Below are positions 1 to 12,590 of a stretch of DNA of 64,000 nucleotides, piece after piece (position 1 is the first letter of the stretch; each line of letters begins with the position of its first letter). The DNA is taken from contig NC_088795.1 in NCBI RefSeq assembly GCF_011386835.1, positions 114,328,001 to 114,392,000 of the forward strand, read 5' to 3'. The notes under the pieces are model-generated. The model was given only the letters and a program-made list of their open reading frames with translations. It was not told the origin of the DNA and made no database searches. This DNA is from Chrysemys picta bellii (Eukaryota). A program made the position numbers and the translations under genes.

Positions 1-632
1 CAAAACATCAGGGAGTAGTTTGGCCAGCTTTTGTTGTCTCATGTTAGTTCAGCTTGCTGGAAATATGAAAACGCTGTTGAACAGTATTTCATTGTAACTG
101 CAGCTGAATGGAGATTTCCATGATAGCTCCAATCCTTCTGAGTGCAATCACATTAAGCATAGTTCAGATCTTTTTCAGTCCCCTCTGTCCAAACATTTTG
201 TATGTACTGTAGCTTAGCAATGCCTCCCAGGAAATATTACTCTGTCAGTAGACAAACAATTGCTTAGCTTGAAAGAAATGTAATTATTTAAGGCATGCAC
301 GAATGTTTTTGGCTGCATGATGCTGTAACATTATTAACTGCAGGGAGAAAAAAAGGTGGTAGTGCTATTTTAGAGAGTATATTACTATTGTCCTAAAATG
401 CTAACTAGCTGTAAGTTCTATCTTTACCAGAATTCCACATTTGCTCCTGATAGAAGATTGGATTTCTGAGTAGGATTAAGTAAATAAATCATATTAAAAT
501 GACAAAATGGGTAAATAGAATATAATGTGAAATGAAATGTAAATTGGATTTAGGCAAACACTTTTATACAGACCTCCCGTCAAACCCTATCAGGCTGCTT
601 CAAATTCCTACTGTGATTTCTGCTCGCAGTTC

Positions 633-772
633 NNNNNNNNNNNNNNNNNNNNNNNNNNNNNNNNNNNNNNNNNNNNNNNNNNNNNNNNNNNNNNNNNNNN
701 NNNNNNNNNNNNNNNNNNNNNNNNNNNNNNNNNNNNNNNNNNNNNNNNNNNNNNNNNNNNNNNNNNNNNNNN
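633..772. other. Assembly gap (run of 140 N)
   Basis: N run seen directly; the ORFs at 532-855, 600-830 and 608-805 are artefacts of reading through it. Confidence 0.99.
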
Positions 773-1199
773 AAAAGATGATTTTGAAGAGCTTTGCTGT
801 CTCAAATGTATGCAGATTAAAATCTAACAAAGTACACCTTGTTACAAAACTGTAAAGAATGGTGTGACACGGACTTAAATTGATTTATTCTCGTACTAGT
901 GCCTATAAACTTTACATGCTTGGGTTTCTTCTGAAAGTGGAAAAAACTTTGTCTACTGAATCTGAGCCAAGTTCTGCTTTCAGATGGGGGTTCAGTGGGT
1001 GTATGAGATCTATGTTTGGCCCTTTGTGTCTAATCTATCTGCTCTATTACATTTGTGGAAATGTTGTGGTACTAGTTGGATCTCATGTAATTTTTATGCT
1101 GAGATGAAGAAGTAGGAGCAGAAACAAGGGAGGCCATTCAGGGTTGGCAGGATATGACTCTTTGATCAGATACAGTATGATGATAATTGGCACTTGTAT

Positions 1200-1320
1200 A
1201 GGGCTTTCTTTCAGAGGAGTTCAGTGCTCTAATAAATATTAATGGATTAAGCTTCATAACTGAGAAACTGTAATTATTACCCCCATTTTACAGATGGTGA
1301 AACTGAGGCATAGAAATCAA
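1200..1320 (+). mobile_element. MIR-like CORE-SINE remnant
   Basis: Core motif cccattttacagatggtgaaactgaggca. Confidence 0.6.
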
Positions 1321-2199
1321 CAGTTTCAAATGTGTCTGCTAATTTTATGTGCCTCTGCTTTTGGGCATCTCAAGCTTGATGCCCAAATATTGAAGAATGC
1401 AAAATTAAAGACTACTTCTGAAAATTTTGGCCTAAGGGACTTACCTGAAACTGACTCTCAGACCACATTTGTTCATTTTGCCTACCTAATTTCAGATGTC
1501 ACCAGTCTCCACTGAGCAGACAAAGTTCATTTCTACTGCAGTCAGTTCAAGTAGAGAATGTACTGAGACATTTAGTCTCAATTAAGAGCAATGAAGGCCA
1601 TATGGGTGTTTTAAAGAAATCTTACAGTAATTTGTCCTTTACCCAATCACTCAGATGCAACTGGTGGTTTAGAAACCTGACTGCCTGGTTTCTTCGCTAG
1701 CTTGCCACCCACCTCCTCAGCAGCCCATCTGGCAGACTGCTGGGACTCCTGGGTTAGCAGGGTTCATAGCTCTGGAGCAACCTACTGGGCAGATTGTTTT
1801 CAAGTTGGGGACTCCAGGGCTTTGAATATCCATGTCTCTTAGGCAGTTCTCAGGCTGCCTCCTGGAGCTTCATTCTCTTTCATAGTGGAGAATTTCAAAA
1901 TTTTTGATTTTTAGTTTTGAATCAGCATGAAGCCAAATATCTAAATCCTCCCTGAAATGGAATACTTTCCCCCACCCATCTCTAGTTCGGCTTAGTCAAT
2001 ATTTGGGGGTAGCCAGTCTGGATGTGCATCCTTCACCTCATCTCCCCTAACAGTAAGCACACAGCAAATTTTCAGATTTACCTCAGGTTTCCATCAATAA
2101 AGCCAAGAAGGGTAACTGTAGCATAGTGCATAGCATAAGCTCATTTCCACCCTTTGTTTACCCTGCAGGAGTATCACAAGTAATGTTCTTTTCCCTCAG

Positions 2200-2226
2200 T
2201 CTTGTTACATGGGGTTAACCACACAG
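2200..2226 (+). CDS. Putative internal micro-exon A (27 nt, phase 1-1; xLLHGVNHT) of an unidentified multi-exon gene
   Basis: Acceptor ttcttttccctcag, donor CAG|gtatgg; phase-compatible with exon B. Confidence 0.45.
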
Positions 2227-4174
2227 GTATGGTGATTCGTATATAGAGATTACATAGAATTGTAATTTGATATGGTTCTGGGGACAACTAAAGCAAAGTT
2301 TGCTCAGAAACCTGAGATGGGATTGCCACTTTATGTAAATATTTGTATATTTTATGATGCATGGAGATTAAAGAAATTATGGTACTATGAAGTACATTTT
2401 TAGAGGCAAGAAAATTTTCTAAGGGTTTTAAAATGTTTAAAAGTTATTTAAAGATTACATTAACTATACAAATAGTATCCTGCTACACAATGGAGACTCC
2501 TGTATTTGTTTTTGTGATTTTGCTTATTATTGATTTACATCAAATTGCAGTCACCATAACTATCCATATATTAAACACATTATTCATAGTATTCACTCAG
2601 TAGTCAGTGCAAGCTACGAATCTAATCCTATCCTAATTATAGTATACAGACTCAGTGTGTATCCAGTATTATGGAAGTTTTCCCATATAATGCCTTGAGT
2701 CAGGTTCCTGGTTATTTTAATCATAGATTGGAGGTGGGGAAAAGGAAATGGCTTGTAAACTTTTGAGGCTATGTAATTCATAGTATGTTTAAGAGCATAA
2801 AGGCAGTTTTTTGTTGTTGTGGGTTTTTCTCTCTCTCCTAGTCTAACAGAAGGTTCAGCCCAGGCCAGAGAAAAGGGTGTGAAGTCCCTGACGGCATAGT
2901 ATCCTAGCTGACCTGGCTCTGTTAACTCTTCATCTGTTGAGTCCAAACCCTTTGAACAATCAGGAAATATATCCCAAATCCCCCACTCTATGGCTCTGTA
3001 ACTGGTGTCAGCTGGAGGACCCTATATAGAGGTGCTGAGCTATTCTGTTGACCGCTCTGGTAGCCAGACCATGGGGGGCCTCAAGCCTTACACCCAGGAA
3101 TTAAGAGGTGGAGAGCCTCACTCAATATAGGTCTTCACTGCAGAACTGTGGTTCTTATTTGGGTGTTGCCTCACGTCCACACACAACCCTCTTACCCAAG
3201 TTTGGTGATGCTTTAAACCCAGGCTGGCTGGCCCATCTGGGGGTGTAGACTAGCCACTTTCATTCAGGCTGGTAACTTCCCTCTTTTGCAGGGTTGACAC
3301 AAGCTGAGCCATTCAAGTGCTGATGGTCTTCCAGTGTCTTCCCACAATTCCCCCTGTGTGCCCAGGACGACAAAGGAGTTGTCTTACAATTCAGTGGAAA
3401 AGAATTATTGAGTGGTTCAATTTACTGGAACACAAAGAACCACAAAGAACTCAGAGGTCCTAGCGACGCACACAGGAGAGTGCGCACAAGTGAGGACATG
3501 GTTACCCGGGTACGCCTTTGCAGTGTGGCTGCTCACACCCAGGCTAGACTAACACGGGTGCCAATCACCTGAGTTAACTCTGTAATGAAGACATACCCTT
3601 TGAGGCAAGAGCACACTCGAGAGAAGTAAGTGGTGCAGGGAGTAATCCCATTCCATCCATTCACAAGGGTGCTTGGGGACAAAAGCTGCAGTCCTCCTTT
3701 AGGACTTTGATACTTAAAGAATAAAGGCAAAACTCAGGAATAGAGTTAGTTTGGCAATATCCCTTATTTATGTACTATTAAGAGTGAGGTGGAGACACAA
3801 ACCATTAGAAAGCCCATATTATTATTTTGTACAGCAATTGGTTCTGCCCTAGTTTAAACCTTTATTCATGGCCGACTGAAGAAAGTCTTGACAAAACTAT
3901 AACCAGATCATTTGCAACAGGGATGGAGGGTCTTTGTAACTCTTACCACTAGAAATCAGATCCAGTGAGATGGAAAGAAAATTGCTGGCAACTGCAAGCT
4001 TATGATAAAGAAACTGCGGCAGAAAAGCTAACTGAAAAACGTAACATTTATTAACTTGGGGCATTACTATATCTCCCAGAACATATTGCAATTCAATCTT
4101 TGCAGATGTTGTTGTTAAAATAATACACAGTCTGATAAAATGCATAAATTATATTTTAACCTTCTGAATTACAG

Positions 4175-4194
4175 AATTTGATTTGAAAAGGATG
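4175..4194 (+). CDS. Putative micro-exon B (20 nt, phase 1-0; EFDLKRM)
   Basis: Branch-point-like ttttaac then cttctgaattacag; strong donor ATG|gtaagc; its phase-1 reading joins A to C without a stop. Confidence 0.55.
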
Positions 4195-4304
4195 GTAAGC
4201 ACAGCAAGCCGTTTGCTTCATGTAGTTTGACACTGCTTCTTTAGCACTGAATGAGTAGATGGAGCTTTATGATGCCTGTGTAAGAATAGAGGAGCTGAAG
4301 GCCA

Positions 4305-4395
4305 TTGATTGTGAACTCTTTGGGGTAGAGACTGTGATTCTGTTGTGTGTTTGAACAGGACCTAAAACAATGGGGCCCTGATCGCTGATGTGCTA
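4305..4395 (+). mobile_element. L2/MIR-type 3' tail remnant
   Basis: gtgaactctttggggtagagac...cctaaaacaatggggccc; the same motif recurs near 12480, 31600 and 63900. Confidence 0.5.
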
Positions 4396-4468
4396 TGGAA
4401 CTTGTGTATCTTGGATCTAAATGCCTGCAAGCTTTGGAAAAGCTCTCATTCAAATTCAAGTTTTGCAG

Positions 4469-4545
4469 CTTAAGCCAATCTCTACTCAAGATGAACTTGA
4501 GCACAAGAACTGCTGTGCATTGCTAAATATGACACATAGGGTAAG
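4469..4545 (+). CDS. Putative exon C (77 nt, phase 0-2; LKPISTQDELEHKNCCALLNMTHRV)
   Basis: Acceptor aagttttgcag; donor AAG|gtaagc at 4545, with a second donor AGG|gtaagg at 4540; open in phase 0. Confidence 0.55.
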
Positions 4546-5943
4546 GTAAGCCCACCATCTGATAATGCACCAGCTTTTTTAGTTTTCTTCAGAAACTTCT
4601 GAATCGTCTTGAAAGGAACCTGACAAGGGTATTTTAAATAAGGAAACAAATCACAGCTCAGGGTTTCAGTCTGTTTTATGATTTTCTAACAGAAGGAGAC
4701 TAGAATGTGGTACCTATTTAGGTAATTAGTGATTCAACATGCAGCCTGCATACACGGGAGTTTAAACTGCTGGAAGTCTCATTTGTAACCATAAGAATTC
4801 AAAGGGGTACAAGAAGCTTGATTTGTTATTGTTGCTTTCCTCAGTAAAAATTAAGCCTGTTACCAAGAGCTGATGGTGCAATACTGTTTTGTTAAAGTGA
4901 TGTTTGTCACTTTCTATGTATTGTTTACCGCTAGTAACCAAATATATAATTCTTGTTGGTCTTTGAAAACCAGAATAAAATATTGTTTTGATGCTGTCCA
5001 GCATAGCACTGGGACCATTACACTCAGTCTGGTGAGCTAGGCATAGTGAGTAATAGATCTGACAATTTAGCCCTTTTTTACTCTTTGAGTTACCTGACAA
5101 TGATTGCCCAAATTTATCTGTGTTTAGGCAAATGCTTTGTATAGACATATTTCCACCTGCGGATGTTCATTGAACCTATCTTTCTGAGGCTAGTCACCTA
5201 CTGATGGTATTGTTCTTACTGCCTAACTGGACAGCTGACCGTTATAAACATAGAATGACCACTTCAGAGGAAAAGATTTATTTAAAGTATTATTTAGATT
5301 TGTAAAAATAAGAAAGTGCCTGTTACATATTCTGGGCAATTTAACATAATTAAATTTCATATTATTGTATCAAATATAAAACAAGTATCTGTATTCACAT
5401 GCAGACAGCTCTGTTTGTAAGTGAATATGGGTATTTGAGCAAAGAACAGCCATTTTCCATCTCTGTGCCTCTTGCCCCTTATCAAGGCAAGGACCTCCAT
5501 GAATTAGATCTTATTTCAGGAAAGCACTTAAACATGTACTTAAGTGCATCAGTATACAAGAAACCACTTAAACGGGTCCATTTGCTTAAGTCGCATTGAC
5601 TTCAATAGGATTTAGGCATGTGCTTAAACACCCTTCCTGGATAGGGATGCTTTCCTAATGTGTAAGGACACTAACCTTCCCTCCAAAGGCTCCTCAAAAC
5701 CTACTCTACTGTGACACTTACCAGAAGTCAGCCAGCCTCTGGTGGTTTAGCTGTGCTGATATATTTAAAGTGAAAAAAACAAAACAACCACTACAGCAAA
5801 AGCCAACCAAACCCTATCCATGTGAGATGGTTCTATTACCATTGTTCCTTCTTTCCTCCTCTCCCTTCTTTTCTTTTTCATGGTCACTTCTTGGGTCGCG
5901 TTTATTTAGATTTTAAGCTCTTTGGCCCAGGCACTGTCACAAA

Positions 5944-6235
5944 GGGTACATCTTCACTACCCGCTGGATCGGTGGGTAGTAATCGATCTATCAGGGATCG
6001 ATTTATCACGTCTCGTCTAGACGTGATAAATCGATCCCCGAACATGCTCCCTGTCGACTCTGGAACTCCACCAGGGTGAGAGGCAGAAGCGAAGTCGACA
6101 GGGGAGCTGTGGCCATCGATCCCGCGCTGTGAGGACGCGAGGTAAGTCGATCTAAGATACATCGACTTCAGCTACGCTATTCTCGTAGCTGAAGTTGCGT
6201 ATCTTAGATCGATCCCCCCCAGTGTAGACCAGCCC
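5944..6235. mobile_element. Harbinger-type MITE, CpG-rich, with internal hairpins
   Basis: Imperfect TIRs gggtacatcttcact / agtgtagaccagccc; aaa on both sides; perfect 20-bp stem 5994-6013/6019-6038; family assignment from recall of TIR type. Confidence 0.7.
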
Positions 6236-6238
6236 AAA

Positions 6239-6544
6239 GGGTATGTCTATACAGCAAATGAAGGTGCTACTGTAGCATGGGTAGGCATACCTTCCCTAGT
6301 TGTAATCTAGCTAGCATGGATAACAATGATAGTGAAGACATGGCAGTACAGGCTTCTTTGCTAGATAGGTGCCCCAGTACAAGCCCAATGGGGACCCTGG
6401 GTGTATACTCAGGTTGCTAATGCGCATGGCAGTCCATGGCATCACATCCACACTGCTATTGTTACTCATGCTAGCTAGATGAGGCTAGCATGGGTATGCA
6501 TATCTGTACCACAATCACACCTTTATTTGCTGTATAGCCATTCC
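6239..6544. mobile_element. Second Harbinger-type MITE abutting the first
   Basis: TIRs gggtatgtctatacagcaaa / tttgctgtatagccattcc. Confidence 0.7.
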
Positions 6545-7659
6545 ATGAGTGTGTTTGCATCTAGCACAATATAACCTTGATCCTGATTGGCACCTCTAGC
6601 GAGCTCCCATAGTGCAAATAATACTTGCATAAACATTTGCAGGCGAGTGAAGCAAAAGGGGCGTGAACAGGCTGAATTGAAAGGTAATTCAGAATTAGTA
6701 AAAGCTTTTGTGAATATTTTTGCCCAATATTCATCTAGTGCTGATTACACTGTTACTGCTGATTTTAACTATAACACAATTAATACTTTTGCACAGACTT
6801 TCCACAGTAGGAAACTAAGCAGAAGAATGAACATTGATTAAGGGAGATGAACCAAAGTCTTTTTACTGATCATATATGTAGAAACCTAAAAAAATGTAAA
6901 TTATATTCCATTGTTGCAGTAATTATGCTCTTCAGTGTACAGTGTATTTCTGGTTTATTGGGTTGGCACAGGATTTGGTTTTCCAAAATACATGTTTACT
7001 GTACATGTTTCAGTCAGAATAAGGTTCTAAATTGCTATGTCATTCAACAAAACTACAATTCACAAGAATTTATAAGGTTATTTTACTTTTTTCTTGTAGT
7101 CACTGGAGAGTTTATTGAAACAGACTATAGCTAAATTCCTTCTTGATGCATAAGGATCTTTCATAGCCGCTTCCTCATAATTTAGTTTTTCTTTTACTCA
7201 TTTCATCTTGAAAGGTCATTTTAGGAACTAAAAAGCCCAGTTGCCAACTTTTAAAATAATCATGATCTCCAATAGAACACCATCTATTTTTAACATTGTA
7301 CTTTTTAATGTCTCTTCTTTAAAGACACAAAGCAACTGACTTTTCTTTTGCCATGAATAATGTATGACTTCAGAGATTTCAGATGCTATGACATAAATTA
7401 TCAACTGCTTTCCCACTATTTGCTGATAAAGTCGGGATGTTTTCTGCACACTTTGTAGTAAGCTTGTCATTATAATTTGCTCCTTTCTGCTATTAGATTT
7501 AATAAATAACATTTCTTTGCAATTTATACAACCTGAATGTGTAGAATGGTAGGGAAAATTATGATTTCACTTCTGCATGTGGAATCTATATAGTGTTCTC
7601 TGCATGTATCTTGTAAAGCTACAATGTGGTATAGTTTGTAAAGTAAGACTGTACACTTA

Positions 7660-7830
7660 ATAGATTAAGGCCAGAAGGGACCATTATGATCATGTAGTGT
7701 GGGTAACCTGTATAACACAGGCTATACAATTTCACCCAGTGATTCCCAAATCTGGCCCAACAAATTATGGCTGAATGAGAGCATGTTTTTTCAGAAAGAG
7801 ATCAAGTCTTGATATAAAGACTTCAAGTGT
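7660..7830 (-). mobile_element. CR1 LINE 3' end fragment
   Basis: ttaaggccagaagggaccattatgatc matches the reverse complement of the CR1 3' tail at 17480-17540. Confidence 0.6.
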
Positions 7831-7839
7831 GGACAATGC

Positions 7840-8667
7840 TCAGACAAAACCATGCTCAGGGCCTCGTGGATTGTGATAGCTGGGATTCCTTGATAGTTGG
7901 TTAAAATGCTGGCACAGGCAGATTTTGATGTGTATTTGGCATTGTCATGGCATGAGACTTTCCTTCAGTTGGCTCAAGTGATAGCCTCTCCGCCCCCAAG
8001 GATACCTGAAAGAAACTGGAACAAAGGACAGTAACTACAAGGGGTGTGAGTGATTGCTGGACCCAGACTAGAAGGAGACTAGTCTGTAAAAGGAAGCTTA
8101 CTGGAACTCCTCTGAGGGTGAGGTTTTATCTGTATTCAGTTTTCTTACTGTATTAGGCATAGACTTGCGTGTTCTATTTTATTTTGCTTGGTAATTCACT
8201 TTGTTCTGTCTGTCGCTACTTGGAACTACTTAAATCCCACTTTCTGTATTTAATAAAATCACTTTTTACTTATTAATTAACCCAGAGTATGTATTAATAC
8301 CTGGGGGGGGGAGGGGCAAACAGCTGTGCATATCTCTTGATCAGTGTTATAGAGGGTGAACAATTTTATGAGTTTACTCTGTATATGCTTTATACAGGGT
8401 AAAATGGATTTCTGTGAGGTTTGGACCATATTGGGGGTTGGGCATCTGAGTGTTAAAGACAGGAAAACTTATTAAGTTGCTTTCAGTTAAGCCTGCAGTT
8501 TGTGGGACGTGGTTCAGACCTGGGTCTGTGTTTGTGGCCGGCAAGCGTGTCTGGCATGACCAGGCAGGGCTCTGGAGTCTCAAGATGGCAGGGAAAGCAG
8601 GGGCAGAAGTAGTCTTGGCACATCAGTTGGCAGCCCCAAGGGGGTTTCTGTGATCCAACCCCTCACA
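7840..8667 (+). mobile_element. Solo-LTR-like element
   Basis: About 0.8 kb non-coding block with aataaa (8251) ending in ...caacccctcaca; resembles reptile LTRs from recall; 5' boundary uncertain. Confidence 0.5.
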
Positions 8668-9166
8668 CACATTATCAGGAGGAAATTAAAAATTAATTCA
8701 TAATACCCAGAAATAAACAGGCATTACAAATGAAATGAACAAATCAAATGATATTCTTGGGAATGTCTACTGACTTTTAGATATATATCTGACAGAACAA
8801 TGCCTCGTGTCATCCTTATGTCAAATGTGATAAAGAAAATTCTCACTGAGAAAGTATTGAAGAACAAGGAATACATATTCTTCCTGTGAACATTTGTAGG
8901 AGCAAATTTGTGTTGTTGGAAAGAGAGTGGACCACTAAACAGCATTGTTTAGTAGGCCATCTTGAAAGCTTTTTGTGGGCTTGGGAGTCAGCTTCAGGAA
9001 GCAGAAACTGTAGTGACCAGTCAAAATAGCCATAGCAAGGAAGTTTCCAAGCACTCATTGGCTGAAAAATATTTGTGTAAACTGTTTGAAAAGTTTTGAA
9101 TAGTGAACAAATTCAGAAAAATCAAAGTCTTCACTGTTTGCTATGTTGTTATGTTGGTCCCAGGAT

Positions 9167-9334
9167 TTTAAAGAGACAAAGTAGGTGAGGTAATATCTTC
9201 TATTGGACCAACTTCTGCTTGTGAAAGAGACAGGCTTTTGAGCTTACACAGAGCTCTTCTCGAAAGCCTGTGTCTTTAACCAGCAGATGTTGGTCCAATG
9301 AAAGATGATATGTCACCTACCTTGTCTCTTTAAA
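9167..9334. mobile_element. Penelope-derived fold-back mini-element with decayed hammerhead motif
   Basis: Inverted arms tttaaagagacaaagtaggtga...ttggacc / ggtccaa...cacctaccttgtctctttaaa; same family as 27732-27899. Confidence 0.65.
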
Positions 9335-11132
9335 GTCTTCACAGATCCTTTGCAAATAGAAAAAGGGGCTAAACTTGTTAAATGTTTAATTATGAATAGT
9401 TCATCTAGTTCTATTTGTGATATTCAGTGTCAGTCCTGGTTGATATATGAACTGATAATTGTGTTAACATTTCACAAGTCATCAAGTAATTACCATTGTT
9501 TTCAGTGGTGTTACAGCAAAATAATATGCAATATTTCAAGGTATTTAATTAACTAGTGTCAATGAGTTCCCTTGACAATGATTTCTGTCATCCCCAGGAT
9601 CATAGATGACACATGTCTGATGGATGTTAGACTGCTCAAAGTAAATGATAGATAAACCAGGGACCAGCAATATGCTATGCAGAAGTCAGTATGATGGAGT
9701 ATATATAATTATTTGTTACCATTTAAAGGTGACCTGCGGAGGTAATAAATTGGAGTTTGTCTTCCTTTTCTTCATTATGATGTATGAAGAATGTCCAAAA
9801 GGCTTTTTATTTCCAAACAAAATAAAGTTCTGCTATTTTTTATGTTAGAAATTCTTGTCCACTCTGTTTTCCCTGGAGGACGATAGGAGACATAATAGGT
9901 TTATGATATCAGATACCCAGGATTAAAGCTGATTAATTGAAATAAGTGATTTTTTTATCTAGAATATTTTGGATTCTTTGTGTTGTCATTGATTTAGTTC
10001 TAATGTCTTTCAAACATTTGCAAGAAAATCTTTTTGTTTCAAATTCAATCCTCACCACATCCTTCATTTGGGAGCTAAGGAAGCTCCCAATTCTCTTCTC
10101 TGGCTCTTGTGAATGAGTGCTCCAGCAGTCAGGGAAATAGAAAACTAGAATTAAGAAAAACCAAACCCTTATCCTCTCCTCATCCTTCATAAAGAAGAAA
10201 ATAACCTGCATCTCCTATTAATTTCCATAAGATTTATAGGTGCTCAGCGCCTCTCGGGATCAGGTTCTAAATTAGCCATCTACAGATAACAAAGAGCAAG
10301 AAAGAGGAAAACGTGACCAATGCCTGAAGGAGAAATAGTTGTGAATCTATGCACGTCATCATAACTTAAAGTGTTGCCTTTGGTAAGAGGTGCTATTTTT
10401 TTCTGTGTATTGTTTTATTATATCTTCTGTAAGATGCTTTAATGGTGTCATATTATTAATGGCACATTTAATGCATAGTCCCCGTGTATGTGAATGCGAT
10501 TTCCAGCTGGGAGAATTTTAGCCAGTTTTTACAGTCTTGGTTTGCAGGTGGCACCATTTAACTTGTTAAGAAACGATCTCTGAAGAACATGAGGGTCCTG
10601 GTTTGGATCTTGAGTCCGTATTTTTATACAGTGGGCCTGATCGACCCATGTGCTAAGTGGTAGGTTAACAAGTGTAATTTGCAAAGGTTGCCCAGGAAAC
10701 ATGAGCAAGGTACATGAAAATAGGTACTATAATGTACACAGGAGTAGTACGCTGTAGGTACTAGTAATGTCTGCTTCATATCCCACCATCACCTCCAGGA
10801 GATGTGTAGTGGGAAATAGAAAACAGATGTGAGATTGGGGAAAAGACATACAAAGAAGGGAAGTTAAAGCATGTTGGGGCTGTTTTATCTTGCAAAACTG
10901 AATGCACTAATAGTTGTTTGTATTGATGGATATCCCCGAGCATTACCATGGCCTGCTCTTGGTAATTACACAAATAATGGGCTGCTATCAGTATGCTATT
11001 CAAATAACCATTGTGATGTCTACCATACATCTGCATCGATTGGTTAGATATCTTTGTTTACATTATGATTTACTGCCTGGTTGGCACCTGAATGTCACGA
11101 CACCACTGACTTAACCATGGCTTTTAGTTTCT

Positions 11133-11335
11133 AATAATAAAATATATGGAGATATATCTAGCTCATAGAACTGGAAGGAACGCTGAAAGGTCAGGGAGTC
11201 AAGTCAAGCCCTCTGCCTTCACTAGCAAGACCAAGTACTGATTTTTGCCCCAGATCCCTAAGTGGCCCCCTCAAGAATTGAACTCACAACCCTGGGTTTA
11301 GCAGACCAATGCTCAAACTACTGAGCTATCCCTCC
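11133..11335 (-). mobile_element. tRNA-derived SINE with CR1 3' tail (tortoise polIII/SINE type)
   Basis: Minus strand begins ggagggatagctcagtagtttgagcattgg (A box), then ggttgtgagttcaattc (B-box-like), and ends in a CR1-like tail (ccttccagttctatgag) with AT-rich end. Confidence 0.85.
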
Positions 11336-12477
11336 TCCCTCTGAACTGGCATCTTGCTTTACTCCCCAGGGAGACTGCCTCCCGCTTGCCAGCCTGCTCT
11401 TCCCCCACTACACTAGTGCACGTTCCTATGTACCTATGTCTTCTGTAGAGATTGTTCAGGTGATAACTATGTGAGCCATACTTATTCACAACTCAGCTGT
11501 TAGGGCCCACAGTTTGGCTTCTGCTGATTGTGCTCAGTGTAGTTACACGCCTACTACTGTTCTGCTGCACGTTTGTTAATCATAACATTTGCCTTTCCAG
11601 CGCTGGTATGCTGCTGACTGTTTGATGTGATAACTGGGATCCATAGTTTCCTATATTGATTGCTGCGTTGAACCACGTGCGAAGCATCTTTTTTGGCTTC
11701 TCCTTGTATGAGTGTTTTGTGCATAAGTGAGCCCCTTGCATATTCTTTGGTGCATATGGCTCAGATAGCACTTACTGGGAGGAAATTTAGATTCTTATAG
11801 TGATGCCCGTCACTGGAGTATCTGAGTGCCTTCTAGAGAATGACTAAAGTCCCCATAGGCCAGTGGTCTAATTCTCCTCCCTACCTTCCCAAGGCAGTCG
11901 GAGCTGTTACAGTTACTTTTTTTAATTATTTCCTGTGACAGCAGGGTTCTGACCTTCATTTTCTCAGCATTATTTTATGCATCTATATTTCCTTGCCTTC
12001 CCTTTTCTTGTGTTAAAGGGGCAGTTTGGGTGGCAGAAGGCCACACCTCTGTCTTAATCATGTATCAAGACTATTCATATTGAAAACATTTTCATAGGTT
12101 GTGTATATAATTAGAATAAGGAACCTAATTAAACTATGACAGCAACTGTGAATTTAAAATACAGGGTTGCAGAGTTCAGTAAAAGAATATACACAATAAA
12201 TAAGGATGGGGAGTGGCAGAGATGGCTTAACGATAATGTGCTTGCTTAAAGAAATGATCTGCCTATTGTATTTGACAGGGAAAAAATGTGGTTTAAAATA
12301 GAACTTAAAGGTATTTAGGGTAGAGTTTAGTATGTATAGTAGCTAGCTGTCACCAGGTTGCTTTGGGAAAGTAGACCAGGAAATGTATGAATTCAGAAAA
12401 TTGGTTGTGGTTGATTTTAGATACCCATTAGCTATGAAGTCAGACAGTGCAAAATATTTACTGCTTTGACTGCAAAC

Positions 12478-12590
12478 TCTTTGGGACAGAGATCATGTTT
12501 TTTATGATATGTCTGTACAGTACCTGATGCAATGGGCCCTGGTCCAGGACTGGGGCTGCTAGGTGCTTCTGCAATATAAATAATAATGAT
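12478..12590 (+). mobile_element. L2/MIR-type 3' tail remnant
   Basis: aactctttgggacagagatc...gtacagtacctgatgcaatgggccc...taataatgataat. Confidence 0.5.

Noticed and set aside
10776-11114. Overlapping ORFs with protein-like snippets (DGYPRALPWPALGNYT; LFVLMDIPEHYHGLLL)
   Set aside because: Several incompatible readings and weak acceptors; resemblance to env or glycosyltransferase motifs is too short to count
11270-11335. tRNA-like sequence on the minus strand
   Set aside because: It is the head of a SINE continuing into a CR1 tail, not a tRNA gene
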